Assembly (NCBI RefSeq): GCF_009914755.1
Contig: NC_060933.1
Strand: one strand, 5' to 3'
Length of the DNA: 64,000 nt
DNA from: the human T2T-CHM13v2.0 reference genome, Homo sapiens
Shown here: piece after piece, positions 27,162-45,589 of the stretch
Numbering within the stretch: position 1 is the stretch's first letter
Layout: every line of letters starts with the position of its first letter
Made by a program: the position numbers and the translations under genes
Notes under the pieces: model-generated
Databases searched by the model: none
Seen by the model: only the letters and a program-made list of their open reading frames with translations
What the model was told of the DNA's origin: nothing

Positions 27162-29864
27162 AGATAGCAGCTTTCTTAAAAAGAGAAAAGAAGATGGCTT
27201 TATTGATTACAAATACATATATGTTTATTGCACAAAAATTAACATAAAAGGGGAAAGTAACGATAACCTCTCCAAAGTACCTACTGATGATGTTTTTGTG
27301 GCTACCCTTCCAGATTTTTCTAGATATATGACCGACTTTTTGAAGGTGGGCAGACAGTTCCCAGGGTTTTGCAACCTGCTTTTTTTCTCCTCTGCGGAAC
27401 AATACATTGCAACCATCTTCCCATGTCTAGGTCGTCATTTCTCAGGAGGACCTGAACGTCCGTGGTAAACACGTCCCATAACCAGCTCGAACAACCCCCC
27501 TTGTTGGACACTGTTTGATTCAGCTTCTTATGAATACGCAGTCCCCGAGATGGCATCCTTGTGCACAGGCCTGAGTCTTTCCTTGGGTCAGGTCTATAGA
27601 TGTGGAGCCCTGGGTCCCACGCGGGGGGTACGGCTGTCACCCTGAAGATACCGCAGATCGCTGACGTCACATTCGCCATCCCGCCCCCAGCAGCGCCGGT
27701 GGGCCCCTCTCACCCAAATAACCATTCTGTATCCTTAGGAAGAGGGGCCTGTCCCAGCCAGGCAGGGGATCATGCCAGAGCAGCCCCTCTGCAGCTGTGG
27801 GGGAGGCGGGGAAGCCAGCCAGAGTACCATGTGGACAGCGCAGGCATCAGGGACCCTTCAGCCACCTTGGAGTGGCTCCCTTCCCTCTGCCTCCAATTGC
27901 TCCCAACCCACAGTTCCTGGCCCCATGGCAGCCCCTTGGCTGCCGCCCCCAGCTGGGCCTGAGCCACCTTGCCTGGCACTCTGGCTCTCTCTTCTCAGAT
28001 GGGGATATAGGCTGGACTCCAGGCCCCATCACACCCTAATCACTTGAGTTTTCTCCTGATTTGCATGTCCTTAAAGCGCCTTGATTAATACTCCTTCCTC
28101 GGCTCGCCCAGCTCCAGCCACGAAGGCTCTGATTGCAAAGTGGCCTCAACTCCTTTAAAAATAAAATAAATCCTCCCTAATGCAACCAGAGCCCATGCTT
28201 CCCTGAACGTTAAGAGATCTGGAGGCATCTCCCAGGAGCCTCATCAGCTTGGGAACACTGGAAACTTCTGGAAGGAATCAGGTCATTTCTCTACCTGGCA
28301 GGCCAGAGGCCGTTCTCGGCACTCTTTATTGGCTGCTCACCCTTCGGGCTGAACCTGAAACATCATGGCGGTCGTTGGAAGTAGACACCGTCTTCTCCCT
28401 TCCAGAAAATAAACTGAGCCTCAGAGAGGGCAGGCTGCTTGCTCAAGGTCACCCAGTCAGGCCGTTTTCAGCTCAGCTGGTGTTTGAATTCAGCACTGTC
28501 TGATGCCAGCCAGACCTTTAACTGCCACTCTTCACTGTCTTGTTAAAAGCAGGCTGGGCCTGGAGCTGGGGCTAGGGATGAGGATGAGGCTGGAAAAAGC
28601 AGACACATTTAATGAGGTGGCTATGACATCCAGCCCTAGACATCCCTGAAGTGGATGAAGCCGGCCTCACCCTGAAGAAGAGCATCCAGGAGCCCCTCTG
28701 CTGTTCCCCAGCTGTATGATCTTGATATCTGTATGTTCTTGATATCTGGGCATGGGGTGAGGCAGGGGTACTGGGTCCCGCTATAACCGCTACAGGACCT
28801 TTTCGGCATGATGCACGGTGCAGTGGGCGCACCCCACAGTTGTACCCCGCATCTCCCGCTCACGGCTCTAACCCTCAGCTGCATTCCAGTCTGTATCACC
28901 AGAGCCCAAAATGCAGCCTGGGGACTCTGGTTGCTCTCCCCTGCTTGGAAACCCTCTGTGGGGGTCTCTGTGGGGGCAGGATGGCTCCCAGGGTGGCAGG
29001 GCACAGAGACTTCGTTAAGCTCTCTGCCCTCCCATCCTCCTCGCCTCCAAGCAACTCCCTTCCTGGCCTGCCGCGGCTCTTCCTGCTTCTCATTAGGGCA
29101 GAGTTGCTGGGAGCTGCAAGGTTTAAAATGCTGTGAGTGTAGCACAGTGTTCACCTTTCATCTCCCCAGTTGAGCAGTTTCCCAAGTACTGCTTCTACCA
29201 TTCCTCTCTCCAGCTTCCTCCTCCCCATCGCTGGGTCTTCGGGGCCTGTTGCAAGGCCCCTGGGATGGCCTGGACTTTCCTATGAGTTCCTGTGGTCCCT
29301 GGCCATCTCTGAGCTTGTTGGGCTGACTGTCCAGCTGAGCTGAGCGTTGCTGTTCCTGGCAGGGACCTGCCAAGCCACTGGGCCTTGGAGCAGGTGTGCA
29401 CCCACGGTCCACTGGACAGAGCCTGGCACACCCTCGCTGGCCTCCAGAACACAGCGTGCTCAGGGGCCATACCGCCTGGGGAGCTGTAACACACTGTTCC
29501 AGCTCCTCTGGGGACACCTTAGCAGGTGGGGCAGGGACAGCAGGAGGCACAGAGAGCCTGGGAACATTCTCCCAGTGCCAGGCCCTTGGGACCCAAAGTG
29601 CAGGCATCTGGAACCATGCTCGCCTGCCCCTGGGCCATCCACCCCCACTGCTGTTGATGCTGGCTCCTGGCAGGGGCTGCCTCTCCTCCCTATTTTCTGG
29701 GCTACCAGCTGGGCCTGGGTGCATGAGACCTGAAGGATTCTTGGGCATACTCCCAGGGACCTTTGCAACTCCCAGAGAAAATTGGGGGACTGATAACAAC
29801 CATGCCAAGTTTTTATTACAAAAACAAAATGAAAACCACACACATTAAAAATCTCACCATCCGA

Positions 29865-30349
<485 letters not shown>

Positions 30350-30649
30350 TCATGAAATAAATTTCATTTTAAAGCCCAAAAAGTATGAAGGACATAATCT
30401 TAGAATAAAGGAAAATCTTCCCCCAAAAAGCACATTTGGTGACCACCACACACCGTGTCGCATGCTGGAGGCCTGAGAAAGCTTTGCCACAGCCAAGCAC
30501 CAGGCACTGAGTCCTAATGGAGCACTTGGGATCATCTGTCCCAGGGTCACTGTAGCCATCAGTGCCTGGCAAACACTTTATGCAAAACAATGGATTTTCA
30601 CCCATGTCCAAACTGTGGTCTGTAGGGTCTGGGATCCTCCCTCAGGCCC

Positions 30650-31130
30650 CAAGATGGAAGAATCTGCCAGAATTTGCATTAGTCTACAGACAACAGAAAA
30701 CTCCACCAAGCATGGTTTAAACAAATGAAAAGTTTCTTTCTGTGTGTGGAATGTGTTGAGGGAGGTGGTCTGGGGTTGTGGCAGCCTTGATACAAAGAGT
30801 TCCCAAATATCCAGGTATCCTTGGCTTCCTCCTTGCCGCCTTGGTGTCTGGCTTTTGTCCTCATAGTCATAAGATGCCTGCTCCACCTCCAGCCATCACG
30901 TCCACATTCCAGGCAAGTATATTTTTCTTGGAATCTTTGCCTTTTAATTCAGGAAGGGAAACTATCCTCAGGATCATCTGCCTTCATCTCATTGGCCAGA
31001 GCTGGGTCCCATGCTCACCACCAGCTGCAAAGGAAGCTGGGAAATTGAGTATTTTAATTTTCTGCATTCTATGATAGAAGAAGGCCAGTGGGAAGGGGGC
31101 TGGAATGCATGTTTGAGAGACTGCACAGAC
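30650..31130 (-). mobile_element. Old MaLR LTR (MLT1K/L-like)
   Basis: cataagatgcctgctccacctccagccatcacgtccacattccaggca; catctcattggccagagctgggtcccatg..ctgcaaaggaagctgggaaa. Confidence 0.75.
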
Positions 31131-31480
31131 AGTTTACTGGAAAGTCTCAGCTGTGTTCTAATGGTGGCAACCTTCAGAGTCCGTGGCATCTCCCACCCAC
31201 CCCAGCATCTCCCAGCTGTCCATCATGGGCTGATTCATTTCATCCCACCCTCAAGTCTGTGTGTGGAATCACGGGCTCCCATGACTTACTGTGGTCTTCA
31301 GTGCTCAGTTACTTAAGCAGGAATAGGGGGAGCCTGGTTCAGCCCCCAAGCCTGGGCTCCTTCATCTCTCTGGACTAGGCCTGATTTCAGTGATAACAGT
31401 GTTGCTTCCCACCTGTCGTTGGGTTTCTGGATCCAAAAGCACCCGGTTTCGAAGTCTGTCTTCAAAGGAAGACCCCCAGA

Positions 31481-32000
<520 letters not shown>

Positions 32001-33499
32001 CCGTCGGAGTCTCAGCCTCGGAACTGAAACAGCTGAACTGAACCGCTGTGCAGAGAGTGCTGCTCCTGGGTTGGGCTGCACAATACTGGCATTCTGACAG
32101 GCCAAAGCAGTTACATATCAGCACTTACATACAGTCCAGCCTCATCATTTTCACATAAAGAACAAATGGGGCTCCTGCCACAGCTCAGCCTTTTGGAGAC
32201 AGAATGGGGTAAACGGCAGGGGGATTGAATCCTCACTCCATCTCTTCCCAGCTAGGAGATCTTGGGCCAGTCACTTTCCCTCTCTGAGCCTCACTTTTTT
32301 CTCACCTGTAAAGTGGGTGTGGTCACAGTGAGGACTCCTCGAGGCCTGCATGTCCAGAGCAGAACCGAGCCAGGCAAACAGAACCAGCGTCATCGTTATC
32401 CCTGTGACTTTCTGCAAACTCCAGCCTGCCCTGCCTGTCTCCTGCAGGCGGCTACCTCTGGGCAGGTGCAGGTTTCAGGGTGCATATGGAGGGGAAGTGA
32501 TGGTGGGGGTACCCCGTGTTTGCAGAGCTGGCGGGAGACCACGGCATTCCTATGGCCCATGTCCCCTCACCCCCGCCCCCCTGCCCCAGCGCTGCTGAAC
32601 CTCGACGTGTGTGTCTGAAGGTCTCCATCCGTGCCTCTCCAGACGTTGCCCACCTTCCCCTTTGCTGGGCAGTTTGTGTAACGCGGCCAGCAGGCACCGC
32701 GAGGCCTTGCTTCCTCACCTCTCGCCCGCTGTCGGAGCTCCATGAGTTGAGCTTGACTGTCCGGGGAGTGGAGCCACCTCTAGCAGGTACCTGGGTGTAC
32801 CTGTTATCACCCATCTGTCAGCTGCCGCTAGACAGCGGAGGGAGCCCAGCATGGGGGAGAGAGGGGACACTCAGAGGGTTGTCTGAGCAGAGGTGGTTCT
32901 TTCAGAATCAGAGGAAGGTTGTTGGGTCCTACTCCTTCCCCCCAAACCCCTCAGAGCGAGGATCCTGACCGTCCCTCTTTCTAGCTGCGTGACCCTGGTT
33001 GAGTGGGCTCCTCACAGGTGAGGTTCAAGGAGGGGCGGGGCGTCTTGCCTGGAGGTCTCCCAGATGGGGAATCCAAGCCCTAAAAAGGCATAATAACTCG
33101 GAGCTGTGTTTCCACCCCGACCCCGCCCCCCGCTCCCCGCAGAGTACTGAGCCGGAAAGGAAGGAGGGAGACTGAGGCAGCTCGGAGTCACTGTAGTGGG
33201 TGTGAGGAGTGCACTGAGCCCTGTGGGGAGGAACGAGGGAGGACACAGCTGGCGGGTGCCTCAGAGCCGCCCCCCACGCTAGGCTGCCTTCAGGCAGCCC
33301 CTGCAAACTGTGAACCCAGAAAAGCCTCTCTCTTCCTGGCCCCCTCCTCTCCTTCCTCTCATCCCCCCAACTTTGCAGCCTTCCCTGGCTTCCTCCTTTC
33401 ATTGGAGAACAGGCAGACGCTCACCAGGGCCGGGTGTTCACGTGTGTGCATATGTGCCAGTGTGCACACGTATGCCTGCTCCCATAACATGCATGTTTT

Positions 33500-34300
33500 T
33501 CTGAGGGTGTGTGCACGCGTGCGTGTGTGCATCGTGCGGTGTGCGTTAGGTGCACACGTGCATGCGTGTGCCTTATGTTGTGCGTGTGAGTGTGTGTGTG
33601 TGCGCGCGCGCGCGTGCCTGACCGCGGCGTGCGTGCCGGCGGGAGGAGGGGGCGCCGAGGCCGGGCAGGGGATTTAAAGCTGCTTTCGCGGCTGCCGGCG
33701 TGAGCGCTCGTGATAAACAGCCCGGAGCCGAGCCGCCGCGCAGCCGGGCGGGAGGCTGCGTATCAGAGCTCCTGGCAGGCTCGCAAAAAGCTGTCCCCGG
33801 CCCGCCGCCGCTCTATCAGCCCACGGAGGGAGGGCGGCGGGGGAGGGAGGGAAAAAGTATTTGCTTCAGCCCTTAATCACGGAATTTGAAATCCCAGCGA
33901 GTCGGTGCCATTTATTTTCAGAGGCTGTCAAGGCTGGTTTCAGCATTTAAAAGAAAGGAGGATAAAACGCATTTGCATTTCTCCCCCACTCTCGCTGCGC
34001 GCTCGCCGGCGCTCCCCCTCGTTCCCTGCGCAGCTCGCGGGTCGGGCGTTGGCGGGGAGGGGGAGGCCAGAGGCTTTTCAAGGCGCTGGGGGCTCCGGCC
34101 GGCCCGGTGGGGGCCTCCCCCCGCCAGAGTCAGGGGTGTCGGGCGATTCCGGGGTGGGGGCCCGAGTCTGGTCCAGCGGGGCTCTGGGTGGCAGAGGGGG
34201 GAAGGTTAAGCGGGGCTGCTGGCTTGGGGAATTTGGGGCCGTCCGCGGGGCTCTCCTCGGGCTCCAAGCTTTCACCCCAGAAAACAGCCCTGAACCCCAA
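33500..34300. promoter_or_regulatory. CpG island 2, enhancer/promoter-like
   Basis: High CpG density; TGATAA 33711, CTATCA 33813, octamer ATTTGCAT 33971-33978; preceded by a GT/GC alternating tract. Confidence 0.85.
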
Positions 34301-35096
34301 ATTTGCTCCAGCCCCAGGGGGCCCTACCTGCCCTTCCTGGCTTCCCCAGTGGAAATCTAAGGTACTGGAGGCTTCCAGGGGAGCCAGGGCACCCCTAGGA
34401 CAACCCCCTCTCTCTGCAGATGGGGAAACTGAGGCCTGGAAACAGAGAACGGTGGGACCAAGGTCACATGATGGCGGAAGGAGGACAAGGAAGGAGGCTG
34501 ACTGCGTATCCAGCACGTGTTCCGTGCCAAGCCTGTGCAGGGGCCAAGGACCGGGGTCTCTGGACAGCGCCGGTTGCTGGGTCCCACGCTGGGCGACAGG
34601 GCCTTTGCAATCAGGCCGACAGGGTTTGAACCCTTGCCGCGGCACTTTCCAGATGGCCTTGGCCACTGTTCCCTCTCTGACCTTCAGATGGAGCCCATGG
34701 CACCTCCGGAGGGGGTGTGTGCTTCCAGGACCAAATCCACTTGTGCGTGGTTAGGCACGAGGTGGGGGGAGGCGGCTCAGCCACCGGGACCTGTCCTGCC
34801 TCCACCCTCTGTGCAACCCCTTTCCTTGCCTTTTGTCTCTGTTGCTTTTGGGGGGTGATTAGCCGCTAGCTCAGCGGCTAGAGGATTCTCTCCCGGAAAA
34901 GGCTCCGGAGTTGAGGCCCAGACCCCCAGGGCAAGACGGAATCTGCTCCCCAGGGCACTAACTGAGACTCGGTTCCCTCACTGGTAAAATGAGAAAACTC
35001 ACTTATGGTCAGGGGTCCCCGAGTTAATGCCAGTGAATTCCTTGGCAGAGCATCAAGCACTTGGAGAAGCCCCCACCCCCGGTCATTGTGATGATG

Positions 35097-35211
35097 GTTT
35101 GTTTGTTTGTTTGTTTGTTTTGAGACGGAGTCTCGCTCTGTCGCCCAGGCTGGAGTGCAGTGGCGCGATCTCGGCTCACTGCAAGCTCTGCCTCCCGGGT
35201 TCACGCCATTC
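35097..35211 (-). mobile_element. Severely 5'-truncated AluY-like element
   Basis: Last ~90 nt of Alu with CpGs intact, (GTTT)n tail, TSD gtgatgatg (35088-35096 / 35214-35222). Confidence 0.9.
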
Positions 35212-35524
35212 AGGTGATGATGTTTTTTATTTATGTGCCCACCTGCCCCACTCCGTAGGGCCCCTCGAGGCCAGGACTGCACCGTTCATCTCGGAATTCG
35301 CTTGTTCCTAACTTAGGGGAGTGGCGCTGAGACACCGTGTAGCGCCCATGCCAAGGAGGAAGCGAGACAGCAGGAGCGGAGGAAAGAACCCCGGGCTGTG
35401 TTGAGGAAGCCTCCTACTTTTGCCTGAAGTGAGGTTGTTGTTGTTGTTGCTGTTGTTTTTTCCACGTGCCTTATTCATCCACGTAACCTCAGCCTCTAGT
35501 GCAGCGTCCTATTTTTTGGCTTGT

Positions 35525-35637
35525 ATTATTATTTTTAATTGACACATAATAATTGTACATATTTATGGGATGCAGTGTAATATTTTAGTACACATATACA
35601 ATGTGTAGTGGTCAAATCAGGGTAATTAGCACATTCA
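35525..35637 (-). mobile_element. L1MA 3' end fragment
   Basis: ttaattgacacataataattgtacatatttatggg...caaatcagggtaattagc. Confidence 0.85.
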
Positions 35638-35677
35638 GGGTTGGAGTTTTTCTGTCAATACAGATACTTATAGAAAC

Positions 35678-35940
35678 TTTTTTTTGTGTGAGATAGGGTC
35701 TTGCTCTCTTGCCCAGGCTGGAGTGCAGTTGCATGATCACAGCTCAAGCCATCCTCCCACCTCAGCCTCCCGAGCAGCTGGGACTACAGGCACAGGCCAC
35801 CAAACCCGGCGAATTTTTTATTTCTTCTAGATATAGAGTCTCACTATGTTGCCCAGGCTGGTGTCAAACTCCTGGGTGCAAGTGGTTCTACCACCTTGGC
35901 CTCCCAAAGTGCTGGGATTACAGGTGGAAGCCACCACGCT
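35678..35940 (-). mobile_element. Alu (AluJ-like, internally deleted)
   Basis: Antisense diverged Alu. Confidence 0.9.
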
Positions 35941-36409
35941 TCCCTAAAAATGCCAGTCAATATTATATGTCCTGTTTGGCAATTTATTGCACCTCATTAT
36001 TTTTCCTGGCTGCGTAGTATTCCATTGTGCACATGTACCTGTATGTGGTTATCCAATCCCCAGAGGATGGGCACATAGGTTGTGTCTCGTTTTGTCCTCT
36101 GACCTCAGGGCTGCAGAGAACAGGCTGGCCTCATACAGCAGGCATCATTATTGGTGTCAGTGGGGCCCCTGTTCTGATAGTCACAGAGAGGCACGGGTGG
36201 CTGTGGGAAGCTCTATCCCCTTTCATAGGGAAAGGCAGTTTAGGGCTCTGGAAAGCCAGGGCTGGGAGGGAAATGGCGTCAGGGAAACCAGCATAGAAGT
36301 CCCTATCTGGCCATCTTGGCGGAACCCAAAGCCTCGAGTCCACAGTGGGCACCTGACTCAGCAGGGAGGAGGGTGGGAGGCCTAGAGCTTTGTGGCAAGG
36401 CAGGCAGGG

Positions 36410-36903
<494 letters not shown>

Positions 36904-38007
36904 TCCTTCTTGATTCTGTTGTTTGTGCCTCAAAGGGAATATTCAGAGTGTGGCTCATGAAGTCTGGCCAACCTCCATCGCTTTGCAAGCTCTGGCACCT
37001 CGGAGCCTCCGTTTCCCAATCTATAATAAGAGGACAGTAATGGCACCCACCTCACAGGGCAGCTGTGAGGGCTCCATGAGGGAGTCCAGGCAAAGCCTTT
37101 CAGCGAGTTTCCTGAAATGCTGTGAGGTCTCAGGGAAGGCTTGCCATCGTCATTATTGTTTCTAACGACATTTTCAGAAATCTGAATGTAAAAAGACCTT
37201 CTCTGAGTTGGGTGTCAAAACCAGAAAAAGTCTGTGGTGGGATGTGTGTGTGTGTGTTTCCTTCTCACACTGTCCCTTGCACGTGGGCCCGGGCCCCTGC
37301 CTGGTTCTCTCTTTCTCACTATCTGGGACCCCCTAGACTAAATCCATCTCTCCAAGAATCACTGTCTTGCCCCCTCTGTCCTTCTGAGACCTGGGTGGCC
37401 TGGGGGGAGAAGCGCCCACCCCCCAACCCCGTCCGCACCACCACTTTCCCATCCAGCCCCACCCTCAGCCTCCTTAATACAGGCTCACCTGGGGCCTCAG
37501 TGCCCAGTCCTCCCAGCGCCCGCCCCAGCTGCACTTGAGTCCTGGATCTATCATCAGCCCTTGCTGTGGGAAGTGGCTTTAACCTCCCTGGGCCTCAGTT
37601 TCTCTATCTGTAAAATGAGGAGCATAATAAAAAGAACATAAGGTTTTTCTGCCCCCTGCCCACCCCTGCTGAAACAAACAAGCAGACAAGAAATTCATAA
37701 CCCCCCAGAGGCACTTAGAGCCTGGGAGATTCAGCCGCAAAGGAGTGATCACAGGGTCACAGGGTCCTGGGATGCACAAGGCTCCTTCTCTCCCTTTCCT
37801 CCAGGAGGAGTTGGATTTACTTCTGTAAACCCCTGCCCTCCCTTGACCCTGTGCACTCTGGGGAGCACCTAGATTTGCAGGCACGGTGGAGGCAGAGCTG
37901 AGCTGAAAGGTGGGGTGTGGGCTCCCCCAGAGCAAGCTCTTCCGGCACCCTGGTGGGATGTGCAGCTGCATTGCTGGCTCAAGACGCCCCCACACCCAAC
38001 TAGGATC

Positions 38008-38292
38008 TTTTTTTTTTGAGACGGAGTTTCTCCCAGGCTGAAGTGCAATTGGCGCGATCTCAACTCACCGCAACCTCCGCCTCCCAGGTTCAAGCGATTC
38101 TCCTGCCTCAGCTTTCCATGTAGCTGGGATTACAGACATGCACCACCATGCCTGGCTAATTTTTGTATTTTTAGTTAAGACAGGGTTTTGCCGTGTTGGC
38201 CAGGCTGGTCTCGAACTCCTGACCTCAGGTAATCCACCTGCCTCGGCCTCCCAAAGTGCTGGGATTACAGGCGTGAGCCACCGCGCCTGGCC
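38008..38292 (-). mobile_element. Alu (AluS-like)
   Basis: Antisense Alu. Confidence 0.95.
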
Positions 38293-38751
38293 TCAACTCA
38301 GATCTTTAACTCCACTACCATTTGTGAGTGTTCCGCGTGGGCTACATCCTAGGCCAAGGATTTTCTCACCCTGGCCTCAAGAAGATGGAACGGGGCAAGA
38401 CCTGAGAAGCATGTAGACCTTCAGGATTTTCTCAGTCTGTCAGTTAATCTTGTTTATGATCGATGAGCAAGTCTCTCTCCCTCTCAAAGCCTCAGTTTTC
38501 TTACCTATAAAATGGGGCTACATGAGGAGTCAATGAGCTAAGGGTGTGAAGCTGCTGGCACAAAGCCCCACACACGTAAGCCTTAACCAGTGCCAGCCGG
38601 ATGATAGATGGTGCCGTTGTGCCCAGCAATTCCTTCTCCTAAGCAGGTTATACCATCCTGTCCCCAGAACGTCCTTCCACGCCCTCTGACGAGGCTTGGC
38701 CATGTGACTTACTCTGGCCAGTGAAATGTGAGCAGAAGTGACCACACATCA

Positions 38752-39246
<495 letters not shown>

Positions 39247-39485
39247 GAGGCGATTTGACCCAGACATGTTCAGAGGGAAGATGACATGGAGACCCCGGGG
39301 AGAAATCAACCATCCATAAACCAACGTGGGAGGCCTGGAACAGATCCTTCCCTACGGCGCTCATGAGGAACCAACCTGCTGACACCTTGATCTTGGATTC
39401 CCAGCCTCCCAAACTGTGAAACAATGTGTTTCTGTGTTTCAGCCACCCAGGACTTTGTGACCACAGCCCTAGCAAACGAATACGC
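39247..39485 (+). mobile_element. MLT1B-like LTR 3' half
   Basis: gaggcctggaacagatccttccct..gaggaaccaacctgctgacaccttgatcttgga..cagccctagcaaacgaatac. Confidence 0.85.
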
Positions 39486-40143
39486 CGCATTTCACAGGGC
39501 CCTACAGACAGGAGATGGGCTCTAAGGGAATTAACCTACTTGCAAGCAGAAATGAAAGGGAAAGAGAAAATCCAGAAATGTTGGATTTGCAGGATTGAAA
39601 AAGGCAACTATTCCTCATCTCGGTCCAATGAAAGAGCAACTAAGTGAGTGCTCCAGGCGCCCAGTGCCCAAAGGTCCATAGTCCGTGGGAGGATCCAGAC
39701 ACTGTCACGTGCAGGAGGCCACCTGTGCTGCAGGAGGCTGAGCTTGGGTGCTGTGCCCCCAGCTGGGAGAAGGCTGGGGTGGGCCAGGGAAGCTGTGCTT
39801 GGGCACGAACCACTTATCCCCGAGTTGGAAAAAGGTGCGATCCAATTCTCCACCCCATCCTGCCAGTTCATCACCCAGACAACCTAGAGTGAGCACCCAG
39901 GGCCATTTTTGGAAAATCCTGCTCTTTTGCATAATAAGTGGGCAAAACAGACACAGTCCCTGCCCCTCTGGCAGTTTGTCGCTTCTGCAAGACTCAAGTG
40001 CCAAATGACATTTTAGAAAAAATTTCTGACATATTTGTGCTTGGAACACACAATATGATCTTGGAGCAGATAAGAGTTTTAAATTTAACTTTGTCTGTCC
40101 CCAGAAATGTATTGTTTGAGAAGTCTAATTGTGAATTTTAAGC

Positions 40144-40905
<762 letters not shown>

Positions 40906-41341
40906 TTGGGTGTATCTTTGGCAAAAAGAGCTGAGTGACAACAATTGGGCAAAAGTTACAAAGTTTTAAAGAGGGTGGCACTGTCCGCAGAGCTGTCAGC
41001 TGGATTAAAAGAGACTGTGACCGTCAACAACACAAAACCACTTCTGGGCGCCAACGGGGAAGCAGCCCGAGGAAGCTGCTCAGCCCCCAGGGAAACCCTC
41101 TTCTCCAGGGTCCTCATCCCGTGTGGTCAAGGAGGTTATAGAAAAGGAGGCCTCCCAGAGGACGGCCCAAGGGCAGGAGAACAGGGGAGTCGGGAGTAAT
41201 TTCCAGAGAGCACCATGGGGCCTGGTCGAGGGGTTTCTTTCCCCAGGGCAGGTGGCACTTGCCGAATCCACCCAGCAGGACTCAGAACTCATGAGGACCA
41301 GCACTTGCTACTGCTCCACCCCTCTCCTTTCTTTTTTTTAA

Positions 41342-42374
<1,033 letters not shown>

Positions 42375-42439
42375 CTTGTTCTTCTCCTTTCCAACGGAGA
42401 GCGTTTGTGGGTCATCCTATTCCACCATTGTATGTTGAG

Positions 42440-43271
<832 letters not shown>

Positions 43272-43374
43272 GTGTGTGAGATCAGAAAATTCCTCCCGCT
43301 CCCCCCGCCACCCCATTTACAGGTCTCCTATAGAGAGAAGCGTTGACTGGGGACACTCGCTGCTTGCGTTTTGC

Positions 43375-43720
43375 TGGTAGCTGGGCTGGAAGGTCCACAA
43401 AGGTTCACTTCATGTGAGTGGCACCTCAGGGCTCTTCCACAGGCCCTTCTCTCCATGCAGCTCTCTTGGGCTTCCTCACAGCATGGCGGGGTTTTTCACG
43501 GTGGCTGGCTTCCAAGAGGAAGCACTTCAAGCTGGGTGAGAGCAGATGCCTCAAATCTCTGCAGCTTCAGCCTCGGAAGTCACACAGCGTCGCTTCTGCT
43601 GCATCCTGTTGATGAAAGCCAGTCCTGGAGTCAGCCCAGATCCAAGGGGAGGAGGAAAAGACTCCAGGTCTTGCTGAGAGTAATGACTAAGAATCTGCAG
43701 CCATCTCCAATCCACCACGC
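43375..43720 (-). mobile_element. MLT1H-like LTR
   Basis: gggcttcctcacagcatggc; ctcggaagtcacacagcgtcgcttctgctgcat; cagcccagatccaagggga. Confidence 0.7.
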
Positions 43721-44562
43721 CCATGCAAGAGACGGGAGTGATATTTGCAACCAAGATGGTGAACGGCAGCAGATTGGTCACTGTTTCCAGTTATTCACCA
43801 TCCCCTCAGTGAGAGGATTATCCATCCTGCCCCATTGCTACGTGACATGCAGAGCATCCAGTGCTGGGTACACTTCCCCTCCCCACCAAATCATGTTTGG
43901 CCACGTGACTTGCGTTAGCCAGTGAATCCGGAGCCCAAGTCCTAGCAGGCCATTCAAAAGAGAAGCTTCAAGAGCCATCACGTGGGTTGGCCAGCCTGCC
44001 TGCACTTTTCCCTTTAAACAGAGCTGCGTTTTCTAGAGAGAGGCCTCACACAAGCCTCCCTGTTCCACAGAATACAAATCCAATTGGTAAGTCTTCTATC
44101 CATCTTAAGAAACCTTTACATTTTTAAATCTCTCCATTCTCAAATATTCAAAGCCCTTAAATTCATTTATTTTTCTAGAAGTAACACCTGACAAGTTTGA
44201 TATGTCAAGGCACCACCCGTTCCTTCTTAATCCACAGGAACTCATTGAGGGTAGGGAACCTGGGAGGTCACCACAGCCTGTAAATCCAAGCCTGGATGTA
44301 GTGAGTGTCTGGGGTGGCCAGGCCTTCTGCAGGTATGTGCACATTGAAGGCCAAATCTCAGCTTTGAACTGAGTCCCGAGCTTAGGACTCCTCCTGACTC
44401 TCTTCTGGGAACACTGTGGCTCAGAGAGGTTAAGTGAGTTGCCCAAGGCCACTCAGGTAGTAAGTGGCAGGGCCAAGACTGGACCCCAGGGCCATCTTGC
44501 TCCAAAGTTCCTAACCACTAGACTCTCCAGCTCTCACCCTGTACGTGGGCTATAGATATTTG

Positions 44563-45190
<628 letters not shown>

Positions 45191-45589
45191 CTAGATATTT
45201 GTTAAGTGGATGAATAAACTACCCAGTAGTTCCTTTGGAAACCTGAAAGGTTTTGGATGCAGTGATAGAGGTGTTCCAATCTCAAGGATTGGCTAAAAGC
45301 TATAGGAACTTGGGGTGGGGTAGGATACACTGAATGGGGTCCACTCTCTCCCCAACAATTCCTCCTCTGCCCTCAGAGGAGAATCTGGTGTTTGTAATGC
45401 AGAATCTGGAGAATGTGTCAAAATGATAGTGACACTGACATTTACTGAGCGATTGCAATGCCCAGCCCCCAGCCTCAGAGCCCTCCCTAATTTTACTCCT
45501 TTACACTTTCTCAGGGATGTGGTGAGGTTACAGACCATCATTATTCCCATTTCACTAGTGAGAAAACTGAGGCACACAGTAGGCTGAAT

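Noticed and set aside
27820-27842. REST/RE1-like sequence (also partial matches at ~18439 and ~34562)
   Set aside because: Half-sites only or wrong spacing
28635-28720. Short exon-looking frame (DIPEVDEAGLTLKKSIQEP)
   Set aside because: No polypyrimidine acceptor or donor, early stop, no recognised homology
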